Source: Vicugna vicugna (lineage: Eukaryota). Taken from it: DNA of 64,000 nucleotides. The position numbers and the translations under genes are program-made. Positions 15,505 through 30,500 of the stretch are shown here, piece after piece (within the stretch, counting starts at the first letter, position 1; the number at the start of each line of letters is the position of its first letter). Where the stretch lies: assembly GCA_013265495.1 (NCBI GenBank), contig MU058010.1:347145-411144 (forward strand). The letters run 5' to 3'. The notes beneath the pieces were generated by a model. It worked only from the letters and a program-made list of their open reading frames with translations, was not told the DNA's origin and did no database searches.

Positions 15505-15665
15505 CATTGATTCTCAACCCACAGTGCCCTTTAAACAATACTGATGTGTCAGTCTCACATCAGATCGATTACTTCAGCATTATCGTTGTGGACCCTGACT
15601 AGTGGCTTCTTTTAAAAAGCTCCTCCAGGTGACTTTAATGCACAAAGTGAACTGAGAATCACTTT
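15505..15665. mobile_element. MER5-like hAT DNA transposon remnant
   Basis: Inverted ends gattctca...tgagaatc, and internal tttaaaaagctcctccaggtgactttaatgca typical of MER5. Confidence 0.6.
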
Positions 15666-16989
15666 ATCCATCTTCTGCCCTACTCACTTATGTCCCAGAA
15701 TGGGACATCCCTGATTGGTGGCCTGGAACCAACCAACCAACAAACCTGCAAAAGCAAAACCTAACTAACACGAGAAGAAAGTCAAAAAAGAAACAACTCT
15801 CCTTCCTTACATAAGGAGGAGAGGTGAAAATATTTCCCCAAACTGCTGTTTTTCTTTCGTGCCCCACTGAACACTATCCTGAAAGTGAAGGAAAGAAGTG
15901 ACAGGAGCATGAATCTCAGGCACATGGTGGAACTGAAATAAGACGATGGCCGGTGTCCTGAGTTATTTTACAGGACTTGACCTTGGGAGGTAATTTCAGT
16001 GATTATGAAAAGCAGGAGGCAAATCCCTCTGCCTGTCACAGGCTCCTGTCACTGTCACACAGGTGACCATGGTGAATCTTTTTTGTGAAATTCTCATATA
16101 TTCCCTTTTTCTTTATTCTATGAAGTTATTTTTAAGAAAGACCTCTACCAAGCAAATCATTGTTCCCTCTGCATTTAGTGTTTTGGAAGGATTTTAGAGG
16201 GATTTTTAATTCTTTATCAGATTGGAAAACCACACTAGTAAGTTCTGGCACCCTTTGAAAGTAAAGCAGTTTTTGGCCAAAGACTTGTAGATAACAAATG
16301 CCATTCTTATTTTACATCCAGCCAATTAAATCACTGAAAAATACTGACTTCCAAAGCAGTGTGAAGCTATTTAGAATCCCTAACCCCCTTTGACTCATTC
16401 ATTAACACATTTAATCTCTAGCATTTTCCAAGAAATATTTACTTGGCTTTTCTAAATAGTGTTTTTATAAATTTTATTCACATTACCTTTGTTTTTTCAG
16501 TTACAATTAAACATTGCAAATTAGACTTACTCTTTTAATAGAATTATAAAAAGTGACTCCGCTCACGAACAGCAAATGCACTGCTTGTGTGCTGTCATCT
16601 CGCCACGATCAAAGCAAACGTTGCTGATCTGTCAAACTTCCTTTTCTCCAAACACACAGCCCTAGAATCCTCTTTAACACCATGCTTAGAGATAGCTACT
16701 GCCCATCAAAGATAGCACCCCACATGAATCTTACCAGCCATCTGTGGTTTAATATAGTCTCCTGTTTTTGCACATTTTATAAATGAAAATCGAAAACTAA
16801 ACAAGGTACCCCTTTCCTGATGCCCTAGGAAGCTCTCCTTTATCAAAGGTCTTTATTGGTTTTACATTTTGGGGATCAGAAGCAAAACATGCAACTTTAC
16901 TATCTATATAGTAATACTTAGCAAATAGTATTTATGAATGTGTGTTCTTAGGTGGCAGGAAAGAGTCTGAAGGTGAAATGAGTGCACAC

Positions 16990-17558
16990 CAAAACCAGAC
17001 AGAGACATTACAGGAAAGGAATATTGTAGACCAATAAGTCTTATGAACATAGATGCAAAAATCCTCAATCAAAACCAACAATATGTAATAAGGGTTATAT
17101 ACCATGACTGAGAAGGATTTATTCCAGGTATGGAAGGCTGGTTCAGCATTTGAAAATCAGTTAATGTTACCCATCATATCAACAGGCTCTAAAGGAGAAA
17201 AGTTACTTGATCATATAATATATGCAGAAAAGATACGTAATCAGTTCAATACCCATTCATCACAAAAACTTTCAACAAACTAGAAATAGAGGGGAACGTC
17301 CTCAAATTGACAAAGAACATCTACAAAAACAACCTATGGCATCATACTTAATGATGAGAAACTATTTTCCCTCCAAGATCAGTAATAAGGAAGGGATGTC
17401 GTGTCTCACCATTTCTAGTCAACATTGTCCTGGAGGTCCTGGCTTAATATGACAAGGCCAGAAAAGGATATAAAAGCATGCAGGTTTGAAAGAAACAAAT
17501 GAAATTGTTTTCACTCAGGTGAAATCATTGCCTATGTAGAAAACCCCCAAAAATAGAC

Positions 17559-17594
<36 letters not shown>

Positions 17595-19370
17595 AGAACT
17601 AATAAGCAATTAGAGAAGAGTTTCTGAATATGAGATTCATGTTAAAAAGTTGATTTTCTTTTCTAATATAAACAATGATAAATTAGAATTTGAAATTAAA
17701 AAAAGAATATCATTTCCTTTAGGACCAAAAACACTTGGGGATTATCTAACAGAATATCTACAATACTTGTATAAAAAAATGGCAAAACTTTAGTGAAAGA
17801 AATCAAACACAGATCTGATAAGAAATAGATATCCCATGTTCATGGAAAGGACTATTCAATGTTGCTAAGGTGTCAGTTCTTCCCAACTTGATCTATGGAG
17901 TCAATGCAGTTCCAGTCAAAATCTCAGCAAGTTATTTTGTGGATATTGACAGACTGATTCTTAAGTTTATATGGATATGTAAAAGACTCAGAGTAGTCAA
18001 CACAACACTGAAGAAGGAGAAAGAGAAGGAGGAGGAGGAACAGGTAGGACTGACTTCAAGACTTACTATAAACTACAGTAATCAAAATTACATGGTCAAT
18101 GGAACAGAATAGAAAGGCCAGACATAGATCCACACAGGTACAGTCAACTGATCCTTGACAAAGGAGCAAAGGCAATTTAACGGAGGAAGAATATGCCTTT
18201 AAAGAAATGGTGCTAGAAAAACTGGACATTGATAAGTTAGACTCTATTAAAATTAATAACTTCCACTCTGTGAAAGACACCATTGAGAAAGTGAAAGACA
18301 AACCACAGAATGGGGTAAAATCTTTGTAAAACACCTTTCTGATAAAAGACTTGTATCCAAAATATACAAAGAACTCTTCTTAAAACTCAACAATGAGAAA
18401 ACAGCCCAATTAAAAAAAAAAAAGGCTCAACGGACAACTTACCAAAGAACATTTACAAATGGCAAAACAATGTATGAAAGGATACTCAGCATTATATGTC
18501 AAGAGGGAATTGCAAACTACTATATACCTTTTACAATGGCTAAAATCCAAAACACTGACAACACCGAATGCTGCTGAAGATGTGGTACAACAGGAATTCA
18601 TTGCTGAAGGGAATGCAAAACATTACAGCTCCTTTGGAAGACATTTTTTTGTTACAGAGCTAACCATAGATTTAACATACCAGTAATCACACTCCTGTTT
18701 ACCCAAAGGAGTAAAAAACCTGCATGTAAATGTTTATAACAGCTTTACTTATAGTTGCCAAAATTTGGGAGCAACTTGAGAAGTCCTTTGGTAGGTAATG
18801 GATAAACCAACTGATAACAGTCATACAATAGACTACTAAATCAGTGATAAAAAAGAAAGGATCTCTTAAGCCAAGAAAAGACCTGGAGGAATGCATATTA
18901 CTAAGTGAGAGAAGTGCATCTGAAAAGGCTACATAGTCTGATTCCCACATTTTGGAAAAGAGAAAACTGTAGGGATGGTAAAAAAAGATCAGTAGTTGCT
19001 GGGGGTTGTAGGGAAGAAAGAAGAGATGAATAGTTGGAGGACAGAGAATTTTTCAGGGTAGTAAAACTATTCTGTATCACACTGTAATGGTAGACATGTG
19101 ACATTATGCATTTGTCAAAACTCGTACAACTATAGAACACAGAGTGAACCCTAAAGTAAACTATGGTTCTTAGTTAATAATAATGTGTTAATACCATCAA
19201 TATTGATACATAAATTTTAACAAATGTACCACACTAATGCAAAATGTTACTGATGGGGGAATTTGTGTGTGTGGAGGGCAGAGTATATGGGGACTCTATT
19301 TTCTGCTCATTTTTTTCTTAAAGCTGAAACTGCTCTAAAAAATAATGTTTGTTAATTAAGAAAAATAAGA
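16990..19370 (+). mobile_element. Old 5'-truncated L1 (ORF2 RT/C-terminal remnant plus L1MC-like 3' UTR)
   Basis: agaccaataagtcttatgaacatagatgcaaaaatcctcaa corresponds to the L1 [15 protein letters not shown] region. ORF 17870-18112 reads LPNLIYGVNAVPVKI...LILKFIW, like L1 ORF2. Ends aaactgctctaaaaaataa. Confidence 0.92.
17560..17593 (+). repeat. Poly-A run (34 nt) inside L1
   Basis: Uninterrupted A tract. Confidence 0.95.
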
Positions 19371-20604
19371 CATACAAAACCGTTTAATTTAAAATTAATG
19401 TATTTGATCCATTTATATTAGCTAAAGAACACTGAGCTATTATAAATCTCTTATGGAATAAGGGGGCAGTATAAATAAACAGACCATTGAACAATATAAT
19501 AAATAATGCAGTAAGATAAAATTTTACTAAAATACAAAGATGCTTTTCATGTTGAAGTATCTATGCTCACTAAAATCCAAAAGAAATATCTTTAAAATAT
19601 AATCCAGAGAAAGTGTGTCTGTGGGGATATGGTGGGAACCAGTTTATTTCAATTATAGAAGCTAAAGTTATTTAAAGCATTTTCTTGCTTATTTAATGTT
19701 TCAGCTGTCATCATTTTAAAATGAAAGCTAAGCAATAAATATATATTGTTTTTATATGTGAATGCCATAAGTTTATCTAATATCTGTTTTACCTTATGTC
19801 AGTTTATCTCTACCTGTTTTTAAAACCATTATGAAAGTTTTATTACAGGTGTTAATAGTTATGGGAGTGATATAGATGATGCTAAGCATCTTATTTATGT
19901 TAAGATTTTAGATTTCCATTCATTTTGGAGAGAGACACAGTATTTTTGAAAAAAATTAATCAGCACAGTGACTTTTTAAAAAAATATATTTATACATATC
20001 AGGAAACAGTGTTCATTCTGTAATTGTGGTTGGTTTCACTAGTGAATTTGAGGGTACATGTCGACTTTGAGTTTCATACCTGAGCGAATATGATATATTC
20101 TTTGGCAGTTCATTTTCACACATCCATTTTCACATGGATACATTTAACTTAAAGTTAGAGTTGTTTCAGACAGACACAAAGCACTTAATTCATAAAGGAT
20201 TTGAGGTGGAATTTAATGTTAGTCAGTATACTTGGTTAAGTCTATTAAAGATAAAGCTTTACAGTTTCATTCAACCATGTTCGTATAACATTTTGTTAGC
20301 ACTAATCTGTTAGCAATGTGGGAAGACTTCGATTTGAGTGGTAAAATATAGGTAGCATTTTAATAATTTTACAAATGAAACAATGGGAAGAATGCCCTGC
20401 TTTCAGAATTAGAAATGACCTCAGGGTAGAGATATCTGTTTTTAATGGCCTTCGAGGCTGGAATGAACAGGTCATAGGACTTCAGTATTGCATTAATAAA
20501 CAATCTTCTGTTGTCTTACTATCTTTTTGCCCACTGTGTTTTTGAGAATTTTGTTGCTTTTGATGCATAATAATCTAGATTAAATAAAGATTTGGTAGAG
20601 GAAC

Positions 20605-20830
20605 TGCATTTTATAGTGGTTAAGAGCTTTGGATTCACACAGATGTGGGTTCACATCTTGGCTCTGCTGGATAGTTGCTGTGATCTAGGGCATGCTACAT
20701 GGTCTCACATCTCTTTTTTAACCTCTTAATAGTGGGTATAACACCACTTCCTTCCTCTGAGGGGTGTTAACGTGTTTTAAGCAGATTTTATATTTATTTG
20801 GCTAGTTCCTGTCTCATAGTAAGTGCCACA
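20605..20830 (+). mobile_element. MIR SINE
   Basis: atagtggttaagagc...gggttcacatcttggctctgct...tgtgatctagggca...catagtaagtg. Confidence 0.7.
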
Positions 20831-22456
20831 CAAAGAAGAGTGGCTGCTGTTGTCCTCAGCTTTCATACTAGTCCCAAGGTAGGATCTTCTAGAATGTTCA
20901 GGGAGCCATTACAGACCCTCAGAATTTTGTCATTTTTCTTTTGTTGATCAATGTCTACAAAATCTAAAAAGTCAGTGCTATCTTGATAATGTAATTAGGA
21001 TATAGGAATATAATAATGGGGAGCAATTACTAATTTAACAATATTCTTTAAAGTTTTATTATTCAGAGTTTAAAGGGTTGTAGTTCTTTGGATTCAGAAA
21101 CATCACCAAGAAGATACTTAGTTTTTATTTCAGGAAGTTTCTTCCTTGTGACTAAAACAACGGAATATTCTTTAAATGTCATCCAAATTTGTGCTGAATA
21201 CCTTAAAAATATTCCAAAACATTGCATTGTAGCTACAAAAGAGTTCTCCTCCAGATTGACAGCTAGGCCATGATTTATTACAGGATCTGCTTTTAACATT
21301 ATTTTGTCTGGAATGAACAGAGCGGTTGAAGAAACTCCATCCATCTTTTTGTTTATTTGACATCTATGCCACATTAAATGTACCTTGAAGAAACAATGTA
21401 TAAATAAGAAATTCTCTATAACAGTGATGATTACTCATCAGTAAGATAAATCTCTTGACATTGATACAAAAGGAATCCTGTCAAGCAATGTCGGTGAAAA
21501 TTTAAATAAAGCATGTTTTTCAAGCTTAAAAATAAATTTTTGAAGCAGATATTTTAGCCTTACTTTCTTTCCAAGAGTTAGCATTACCAAGTATGCTCAC
21601 GTTTTTCTTTCTCTTCACCAAAATTAGCACCATCTCCCAAGCTTTCCTGTTCTAGCTCACCCACTGATTATGTATGACAGGAATAATTAGTAGAAATAGA
21701 ATATGTCCTTTTTTGTTATTGATGTTTATCAAAAGTTGAAAAAAATATTGAACAAGTAAATAAAGACTTTGATAAATACATTTTGTTGTGCTTTCCTACA
21801 TTTCCATGTGCTTTTTGGAAGGGCTTTTGTTTGTTTTTAAGTGATTTGGGGAAAGGGAGGAAGGGAATAGAGTAATTGAGGCAGGAAGATACCTTGGCAG
21901 CATTGTACAGTTGTTTCTTGGGAATGTTAGGAACTGATTCTTAAGAGTCTCTGCCCTGGAATTTAGAGCCAGTGAGTAGTCTGTAAATAGATAATCGTGA
22001 ATTATCAACAAGTGGTCACTATCTGTCCTTCTTAACTTCTTTATCTTTTATTAGGTGTATTTTCAGATTTATTTTTTTGGGAATCTGAATTTTTTTTTAA
22101 TTCTCATGATTGTTGAATATAGATTTCTCGAGGGATGGGAGACTTCTACTTTTATTTATTATTTAGTGAATATATTTTTAAATATTAGACTGTTACCAAT
22201 AATTTAGTTGCTAATCAGTTGATGTTTTCAGTAGTACAGCCAGATTGACACCTTCTTCCATAAATTAGTGTTTAACTTTATGATTGTCTCTGAATACTTG
22301 AATCTGTGTTTGACCTGCGTCGTTAACATTTATCAAGTTGGTAGAGCCTATAAACTATAGTATGTCCTCCTAGAATTCTAATTCTGAATTCTTATTACTT
22401 CTGAATAAAGCTCAAGATTGATCCAGTTGCATACTGTTGGGTTATAGAGACTTGTT

Positions 22457-22885
22457 TTAAATAACTGAAGTATAGTTGATTTACAACATTGTGTTAGTTT
22501 CTGGTGTATATTGATTCATTTATACATATATATAATTATTTTTCATATTCTTTATTGTTATAGGTTATTATGAGATATCGAATATAGTTTGCTGTGCTAA
22601 ACAGTAGGACCTTTCTGTTTGTTTATTTTATATATGGTAGTCAGTATCTGCAAATCCCAAACTCCTAATTTATCTCTTCATCCGTCATTCTCCCCGGCCA
22701 CCATCAGTTTGTTTTCTATGTCTGTGAGTCTGTTTTTGTTTTGTAAATAAGTTCATTTGTGCTGTTCTTTTAGATTCCACGTGTAAGTGGTAACATGTGA
22801 TATTTGTCCTTCTCTGTCTGACTTACTTCAATTTAGTTTGATGACCTCTAGGTCCTGCCATGTTGCTGCAAATGGCATTATTTCA
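22457..22885 (-). mobile_element. 5'-truncated L1 3' end (cetartiodactyl type) with TSD
   Basis: tgaagtatagttgatttacaacattgtgttagtttctggtgta...catgttgctgcaaatggcattatttca. Flanking direct repeats tgggttatagagacttgtt (22438-22456) and tggattatagagatttctt (22886-22904) match at 16/19. Confidence 0.9.
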
Positions 22886-24093
22886 TGGATTATAGAGATT
22901 TCTTGGTATATTAATCCTGGCAGTTGCTGACTGTTTAGCGACATCACAAATATACTGGAAAGCCCTTTCTAGACTTTACAGATTATAGTGGTAGATGGTG
23001 CTTGTCTTAATCAACATTCCGCACAAGCCACGTGTCTAGTTTCACATGAACAGAGTATGGTAAGGACAGGAGTGGACTGGTGGCAGTTAGGGGCTAAGAG
23101 TCCATAGGAGAAACAGTATTCTCCAGTCATTGCTGTAAAGAAGGAGGTGGGAGAATGAATAGAAGAGTTCATTATTAGGGTACTTAAAAAAATAGCAAAA
23201 ACAAAAGCAAAGGACAGTTTTTATGTTAATTCTTGGTTGTAGCAGGAAAAACTATTATGTTTGTGAAAGTTTGCTCTTTTACTCAATCCATTAAAGATGA
23301 TAGTGTGAATGAAACCGTAAAGTTGACAGGTAACTTCTTTAAACTGGGTTAACATTCTCAGTGTATGTGAAAGCAGAAACTGACCCAAGCATGCAGCAAA
23401 AACTTCTGAACTAAGATTATAACTAGGTTTCTTCATTTTTATTCTGATGTTTTTTAAAAAATAGATTTTGTAATGTTTACTAACACTTAAGCCCACTGTA
23501 ATGTCTTATTTAATGTTTTTAGAGTAGGAAGTGAATTTAGAGTTTTCTTTTCCTGTCCAGTTCCATATTCTTATTTCACCTGTGTGAAACTGAAGTCCAG
23601 TAACTTGCCCAAGGCTGCGTAGCCAAAGACAAATTTGAGTGTTACGTTTAGGCAGGTCATTCACACATGTTAGTGGCAATCAGTCTAGCTAGTAATCAGA
23701 GTCACTTTTGGAGGTGTGCTTTTTCAGAACGCTCAGATGAATGTTATGATCTGTGTTGCTTTTAAAAAAACAACAAATAATTGACTGGATTCATGTCAGT
23801 CAGTTTTTAAAGTGCCAGGAACCATTCTTTTGGTTTGCACATTGAATACGCCAGTGTTCAATAGCATTTGAACCTATTATGTGAGTAATTATGTGAAAAC
23901 GAGGCTATCTAGAGGGTAGCTCTGTGTTTCCAGGGACAAGATAGTTTGTGCATTAAGTCGTATGTGTTAATATTTATGTTGGCATAGAACTTCATCTCTC
24001 TTCCAGTATTGACTATTAACTGTCATTTGATATTTTTCTGATAGTGATATAATATTTAGTGATACAGAATTTGAAAAAATATTGCATATGGAG

Positions 24094-24112
24094 ACACACA
24101 CACACACACACA
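24094..24112. repeat. (CA)n microsatellite
   Basis: acacacacacacacacac. Confidence 0.9.
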
Positions 24113-24819
24113 CCTATTTTAAACTAGGGAATTTTTAGAAAGGAGGCAAATAAATAGGCTGTCCGCAGTTAAATGTCAAGAATTTCTAGCTCTAATTAAA
24201 TGCTGGTGTGAAAAGTGATTTTCCCTCCTTATATGTGTATCTGCTCTGCATTTGAACTCATTTGTAGGGAACACTACTAGATTATGTAATTGCCCTGTGT
24301 TTACACCCAACACCTCCTACCACCATCACTCACAAACCCAAGCTGATTCCTATTCATTATCTAGGTTGTAGCCTAGTCACCGCTCCCCTCTGCTTCTTTC
24401 CTCAGCCTTTTCAGGTTAGGATCGGTCCATTGTGGTCTTCTCTTCAAGCCTCTGTTCTCTTTTCTTTTATTCTGTGTACTTATTTGTGTTTATTTGATCA
24501 ACTTTTTAGCTTTTGGGGCTGAGAGTTTGCAAGTGGTGCTCCTAGACCAGTTCACTCCTTTATGTTATAACCATGTAGCAGTTTATCACTCTTAATTGAT
24601 GGAAAGTTGGTCCTTGGGGAACAAAAATATCTTCCCTATCTTACTGTTTTTATGCGTGAAACACAGATGTGCATTAGTGCATAAATAAGTATACAGTATA
24701 TGTATCATTTTAAAATTTCATAGCTGCAAATGATTAGGGGAGAAATGCCTAAAAAAACTCCTTAGCCAACAATAATTGTGTGTGAGGGGGTAAGTTGAGA
24801 TCACTGTTCTGTACTTATA

Positions 24820-25665
24820 TAAATCGACATCCTTTTCTGACATCTCCAGTTCAGTGTTACTTAAAAGCGTCAAACCCTCTTGTCCAAAACTGAAACAGTT
24901 CTCTTTTTTCCCCACTCCACCCAAATCTTTTCCTCATCCTTTCTGTCCAGTTTCAGTAAGTGGCATCACATGAGTTTCTCTGCCCTTTCTGCCCTATCAC
25001 CTCACCTCGAGGCATTGCCTCAGCTCAGGCTGCCCTCTTTCCCTGCCTGGATTATTGCTACAGCTTTTCAAATTATTCTTTCTGCTGTTCTTCTGTTCTT
25101 ACCCTTGCTCTAACTTTTATACACACTGCACGAGAGAGAGCTTCTAAAATATACGTCTGATTATCTCTTATCCAGTTTAGAAACTACGGGTTCTTAGGGA
25201 TCTGAATCCTATCTCCATAGCACACCCTGCCTTTCCCTTAATTTTCTGGTCTTTTCCTTTCTTCTCAGATTTTGTTCTGTTCTCCCTACTTGCCCTCACC
25301 AACAATAAGCTTTTATTTTGAAGTCACTCGGTGACTTTTATTTTGAAGGTGCTCCTCACAAGTGCCACTTTCTTCCTCATCTGTGGTCTTTTTCAAATGC
25401 TGCTTCATCTACCTGTGATACTGTGCCTCTGAGTTCTTTTCTTGCCATCCCCAGCCCCATATGACTCCCTGTCTCCCAGTGTTCAGTTCAGATGTCCTGT
25501 CCTCATAAGCTTACTTTGTGATTATTTTTACTATACTGTTTGTCTAGGTTGCTTTTTTTCCCCCCACTAAATGACTTCTTGAGGAATGATTTACTTTTTT
25601 GTTTCTCCATCTCCTCCATTATTTAGGAGGCATTCTATAAATATGTGCCGAGTGGAAAATGAACA
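24820..25665 (+). mobile_element. L2 LINE 3' portion
   Basis: gacatctccagtt...tgtccaaaactgaa and cctggattattgctacagc, ending with an L2-like tail aggaggcattctataaatatgtg...aatgaa. Confidence 0.7.
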
Positions 25666-26004
25666 AGTGCGCAGGCTTGCTTTAAGAGCTGGTATCATAT
25701 GGTCTTTTGGGTATCCTGTTTTCCTGGGCATTTCACCATATATTTTTTCTCCCATGAAACATTGCATACTAGGTTGAATTAAACGTATTCCTTTTTTACA
25801 GTAAATATTAATGATTTAGACCAAACAACAGTATATAAAGAGTAGATTTTCAAGTCTTTAAATGTTTGCTTTTCAGAAATAGAATTAACCGATTTTATAA
25901 CTCGTTTATTTTTTATCTATAAAAAAGTATTAACATTATTTAAGTAGAGAGATTATCAAAAATATTTCTGACTCTGTATTTTTTCTCCTTCTTATTCTGC
26001 TTAG

Positions 26005-26199
<195 letters not shown>

Positions 26200-28899
26200 T
26201 AATGCCTTTTATTTGAACATACTTGCCACTTTGTCACAGTGTTTTCATGCTGAATATATCATTTTAAAATTAGAAAGTTGTAGGACATTTATTTTATGAA
26301 TTGTCATTATTGGAGCTGTTGGTTTAATTTATTTGATGAGATAAGAAGTCCCTATATTCAAAAATAGGTGGTTTTGTAGTTTAAACCTGGTAAATACCTG
26401 CCAGCCCCACCCTCCGCTGTTAAGCCTCCTCCCCTGTGGCCTGTGCAGTGCTCCCTGGATGAGTGTCAGTCACAAGTACCTGGGACTGTTACACATCGGA
26501 GCCACGCACCTGTAATCAGTGTCCCCCTTGGTCTGAGTTCTAAATCTCCGTGCACCTATCTTACAGGTGTAGTCTGCTTTTCTTTATCCCAGTAGGCTCT
26601 CAACTGCTTGAGATTCCAGTCACTCCTTCCTTTATGTCCCAGTTTTTAACCTTCTTCTTTAGCCCCTACTGTGGGTGTAGATAACATTATAGAGACAATC
26701 AGAGAAAGGATAGACCCTAAAATTTATATTTGGTTTTAATATGACATATACAATTTTTTGACCACCTGAAGAATCCAGGTTTCATTTATGTAGCACATGA
26801 ATTCTGTGGAAAAAAAGCTTCACTTGCCTCCAAACAACTTATTTATGAATACACATTTGTATGAATATATACAAATGTATGCATATACCTTTTGAAAGAC
26901 TTCTCATTTGGATCAGTAGAGTGAGTACCTGTTTTCTTTTTGTACAGGTCACTGGTTATTAGTAATGTCACATTATTTTTGCAATCTGTTTATTTCCTTC
27001 CTAAAATTAAAATTCGTCAGCTTAAAGAATACATTTTTTCTGTATTCTAGTGAGTATTTCTTCTTAAATTAAAAAAAAATCAGCTTTATCATTTCCTACC
27101 CCCTTTAAATTGTTTCTTCAATAAAATGGGGATTGTAGCACTTTTTTTTTTTTTTTTTGCAGACAGGCACGTGATTGGATGTGATATTCTTTGACACTTT
27201 TTGGGCAAAAGGGCACAAAGGAAAAATCATTATAATAATTAACTGATACTCAGAATAGCTTTTAAGTGATTAGTTGATTAATTCAATGAAGACAACTTTC
27301 TTAAAATGGGATTTCTGAAATTTTGGAATAAAATTTGAGTAAATGGAATGAAAAAGAATTGAAAATGGGTGTTCTTGATGAACATTAAGCTTGATAAGTA
27401 TCAGAGATGAAGTATCAAATGAAGAAGTGCTGCAAAGTGCCTTGAAATATAGAAAACTTTCTTTTTCTGGGGAAAAGATAGTTGAGTAGTTAACAGCTCA
27501 CATCGACATTAGGTCTTCAGCAAGAATTAAGTCAACGCAGGCATTTTCTGATAATAGCAGTTTGCATTTCTGATCATTTCACCATCCCTCATACTAATTG
27601 TACAGCTGAAGAGTAAGCTGGAACATAATTCTCTTTCAGATATGTTTTTTATGATAGAATTTATTTTCTAGCAGTTTTTGCTATAACTAAAAATTTCAAA
27701 ATGTTACTTACCTATTTTGATTCATTTGATTGAATATAAAATTCTGTGTAAATATTAAAATATTTTGCTTTTGGAAAATATTTAACTTTTATGAGGGCTT
27801 GCAGCATTGTAACCTGATAATGAGAGTCTTCTGTTTGCTTTTTCTTTTTTAGTGTTTCTATGGGGCATTCTGAGGCTTTAGGGGTTTTAGTTTCCATCTG
27901 TTACATCGGAGGCACGTGTGTGTGTATGGGTCAACAGACACCGTGAATGTGTTTCACAGGGAGCAGCCAGCTTCATATTTGAAGTAGAAAAGCCATCACT
28001 GGGAGTTTTTTTTTTTTTTTACAGTATGGGTGACTGTTGAGCATAATTTCTTTTTATAATTATATTACCCTATTAATGGATGAGATTTTAGAGGAATAAA
28101 TATAATGTTTGGGATGAAATAACTCTGTTTGCTTTGGAGAATTTCAGTGCTCTTATATTATAGATCATCATTTGAAAGTTTCCAGATTTGAAATCTCCTC
28201 AGTGAACTATCACATGAATTAAAAAGTACCTTTGTTTTTGAGACATAACAAATCCTGGCCATTAGGTACGCCTGGATCAGCAGGGGGAACTTTCATTGCA
28301 ACTAATGAGCTTACCCGTATGACAATTTTCAAGAATCTACTTCATTAGGGCTGCTTCTTTGCTAAAAGATAATGGCTTCCAGCTTTTCTGTTGTATTTCA
28401 GTGAAAAATATTTTGGGTCATTATTGCATTTCTGTATACCATTGTAATATTTCTTTCCTTTATGGACTTCTAAGGATTAAATACATTTTTCCCTTGTCTA
28501 AACAGTTGAAATTAATGAACTCTAACCTTTGATGGTTTTATTGATTATTTCACAATAACATGTTTCATTATTAAATTGGAATAGTATTTATGAATGAATA
28601 GAAAATAGGACTAAACTTTGGGGTTTTGGAGTATATTAAAATAATTCCAAGGTAAATTTACAGTATCACATTGTTAAGCCTATGTCTTTTTTTAGGATAA
28701 TTATAGCTCCTCCATATAATTCCACTCTTCCCTAGGTAGTCATCTCTGAATTGTAGAAATACCACGCTAGTCGAGTCTGTAACTCACTTATTCACGCATT
28801 CATTTAACGAGCATGTGTTGTTTGATTTACTGTGTCAGAAATTGTGCTCTTGTCTTGCTGCTGGTCCAAGGTGTGGTTTCCATGTGGTTGTGCAGCCCA

Positions 28900-29260
28900 G
28901 GCTCCTCACTCACATCTGGCTTCCGTCCCAGCTGGCTCCCCCTCTTACTCTCAATACACTTCGCTTCCTCCTCCTCTTCTGTGCAGCCTCTCTAACTATT
29001 GCCATTGTTCTTAGCCTAATACTGAGTCCTTCTCTTTTTTTCCCTCCCTGTAGCTCCTCCTGAGGTGATCTCTTTCCTCCTCAAGGGCTTAAGTACCATC
29101 GTCACATTAATAACTTGGAAATTTGTACCCAGACTGCACACTTGTATGTCCAGCTTACTTGCCATCTCCGGCTACTTCGCGGTGTGTAGATCACGTAGAC
29201 CATAAAGCGCGGCTCTTGATTCCTGCTCCATTACTGTCTCCTCCCCAAATTTGATTTACT
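28900..29260 (+). mobile_element. L2 LINE fragment
   Basis: Pyrimidine-rich L2 text (aggtgatctc...gggcttaagtaccatc...ccagcttacttgccatctcc). Confidence 0.6.
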
Positions 29261-30500
29261 TGAGAAAACCCTCTTTGTCTCACTTTCTTCTGATTTCCTT
29301 TTTCTCGTTTTTCCTGTCTCTTTATAGCCTTCAGCACCTCAGCCGAGAGCTGTGTGGTAGATTCTATGGGAAGTGGCAGCTGTGGCCCTAAATGTTGCCT
29401 GGTTCTCTCCTTTGTCAGGTAACTTAAAGTGAATGTCACCTTCCCTTTGCTGCTTTTTCCTGATGCTTGCTGGGAACCTCACCTAAGTTTCTGTGTATTT
29501 GAACCTTTCTTTAAGGATAAATTCTTGGCTTTTCCAGAAGACCTTTGATCACTGTTTAAGAACTACCACTCTAGGTGAGAGTCTATTCCTGGAAATACTG
29601 GGAATGAAACTAGCTTCCGGAGAAAGAGTAGTATTCAGGGTATTATCAAGAGTGGATTTTATGACTGCCCATTCCTAACTTTTTTCACTTTTCTCATTTC
29701 CACACTTTTAGCTTTCAGGAGCATTCTTAGATGTTTTATATTTGATTTTGTTTGCTCCATTTTATAGACTTCTCTGCTTTTAAGACTATTTGCTTGCTTT
29801 TAGCTAGTAGTTCCCTGGTCTGACCCAAATGTTTGTCTACTCAGGTATATCTCCTGGGTTCCAGTTCCTCGTAACTTTCCAACATTTTATGATAAATGCC
29901 TTACTAAATACAAAAGGTTTCTCTTTTATTCACCTACTGTGAGCACTTAGAACAGCTAATTTCCAGGTGGCTGCCACCTGGAAATGCACAGTGTTTGAAA
30001 ATTTCAAATTCATCTGCTATAACAAGCAGAAAGCATTTTCAGAAGCTTCCATTAACCTCCTTAAGCTATAGACTTCCAAAAATGGCAATTAAAATTTATT
30101 AGCAAGTTTGACATGTATTTTGGATATTCAGTGTTAGTTATTAAGTCAGTTGCATTTTATATTTTTAAATGTATATTATAAATACATAAAAATATTTATT
30201 GTGCAACAGAATTAACACAACTAACATTGTGTTAGTTGGAACTATTATGTCACAGAGACTAAAGCTGAGGCCTTGTAATTTTGCTAGATAAATAATTCTT
30301 TTGGTCTTTCGAATCAGTTGTAAAATATTGGAGTTTTATGAAAGTACACATTAGTATACATTTCTGCCAATAACAATGAAATAGTTTGGCAGGATACATT
30401 GTTGATAGTAGGGGCATTTATAATAAGATAATTTAGTTAAGACAACCAGACAATATATTACTTTAATTGAATTGTCAACAAAGAGCACAATGATAAAATC

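Noticed and set aside
17222..18686. ORFs with L1 ORF2-like peptides as an active retroelement
   Set aside because: Fragmented by many stops and frameshifts and 5'-truncated, so a dead copy.
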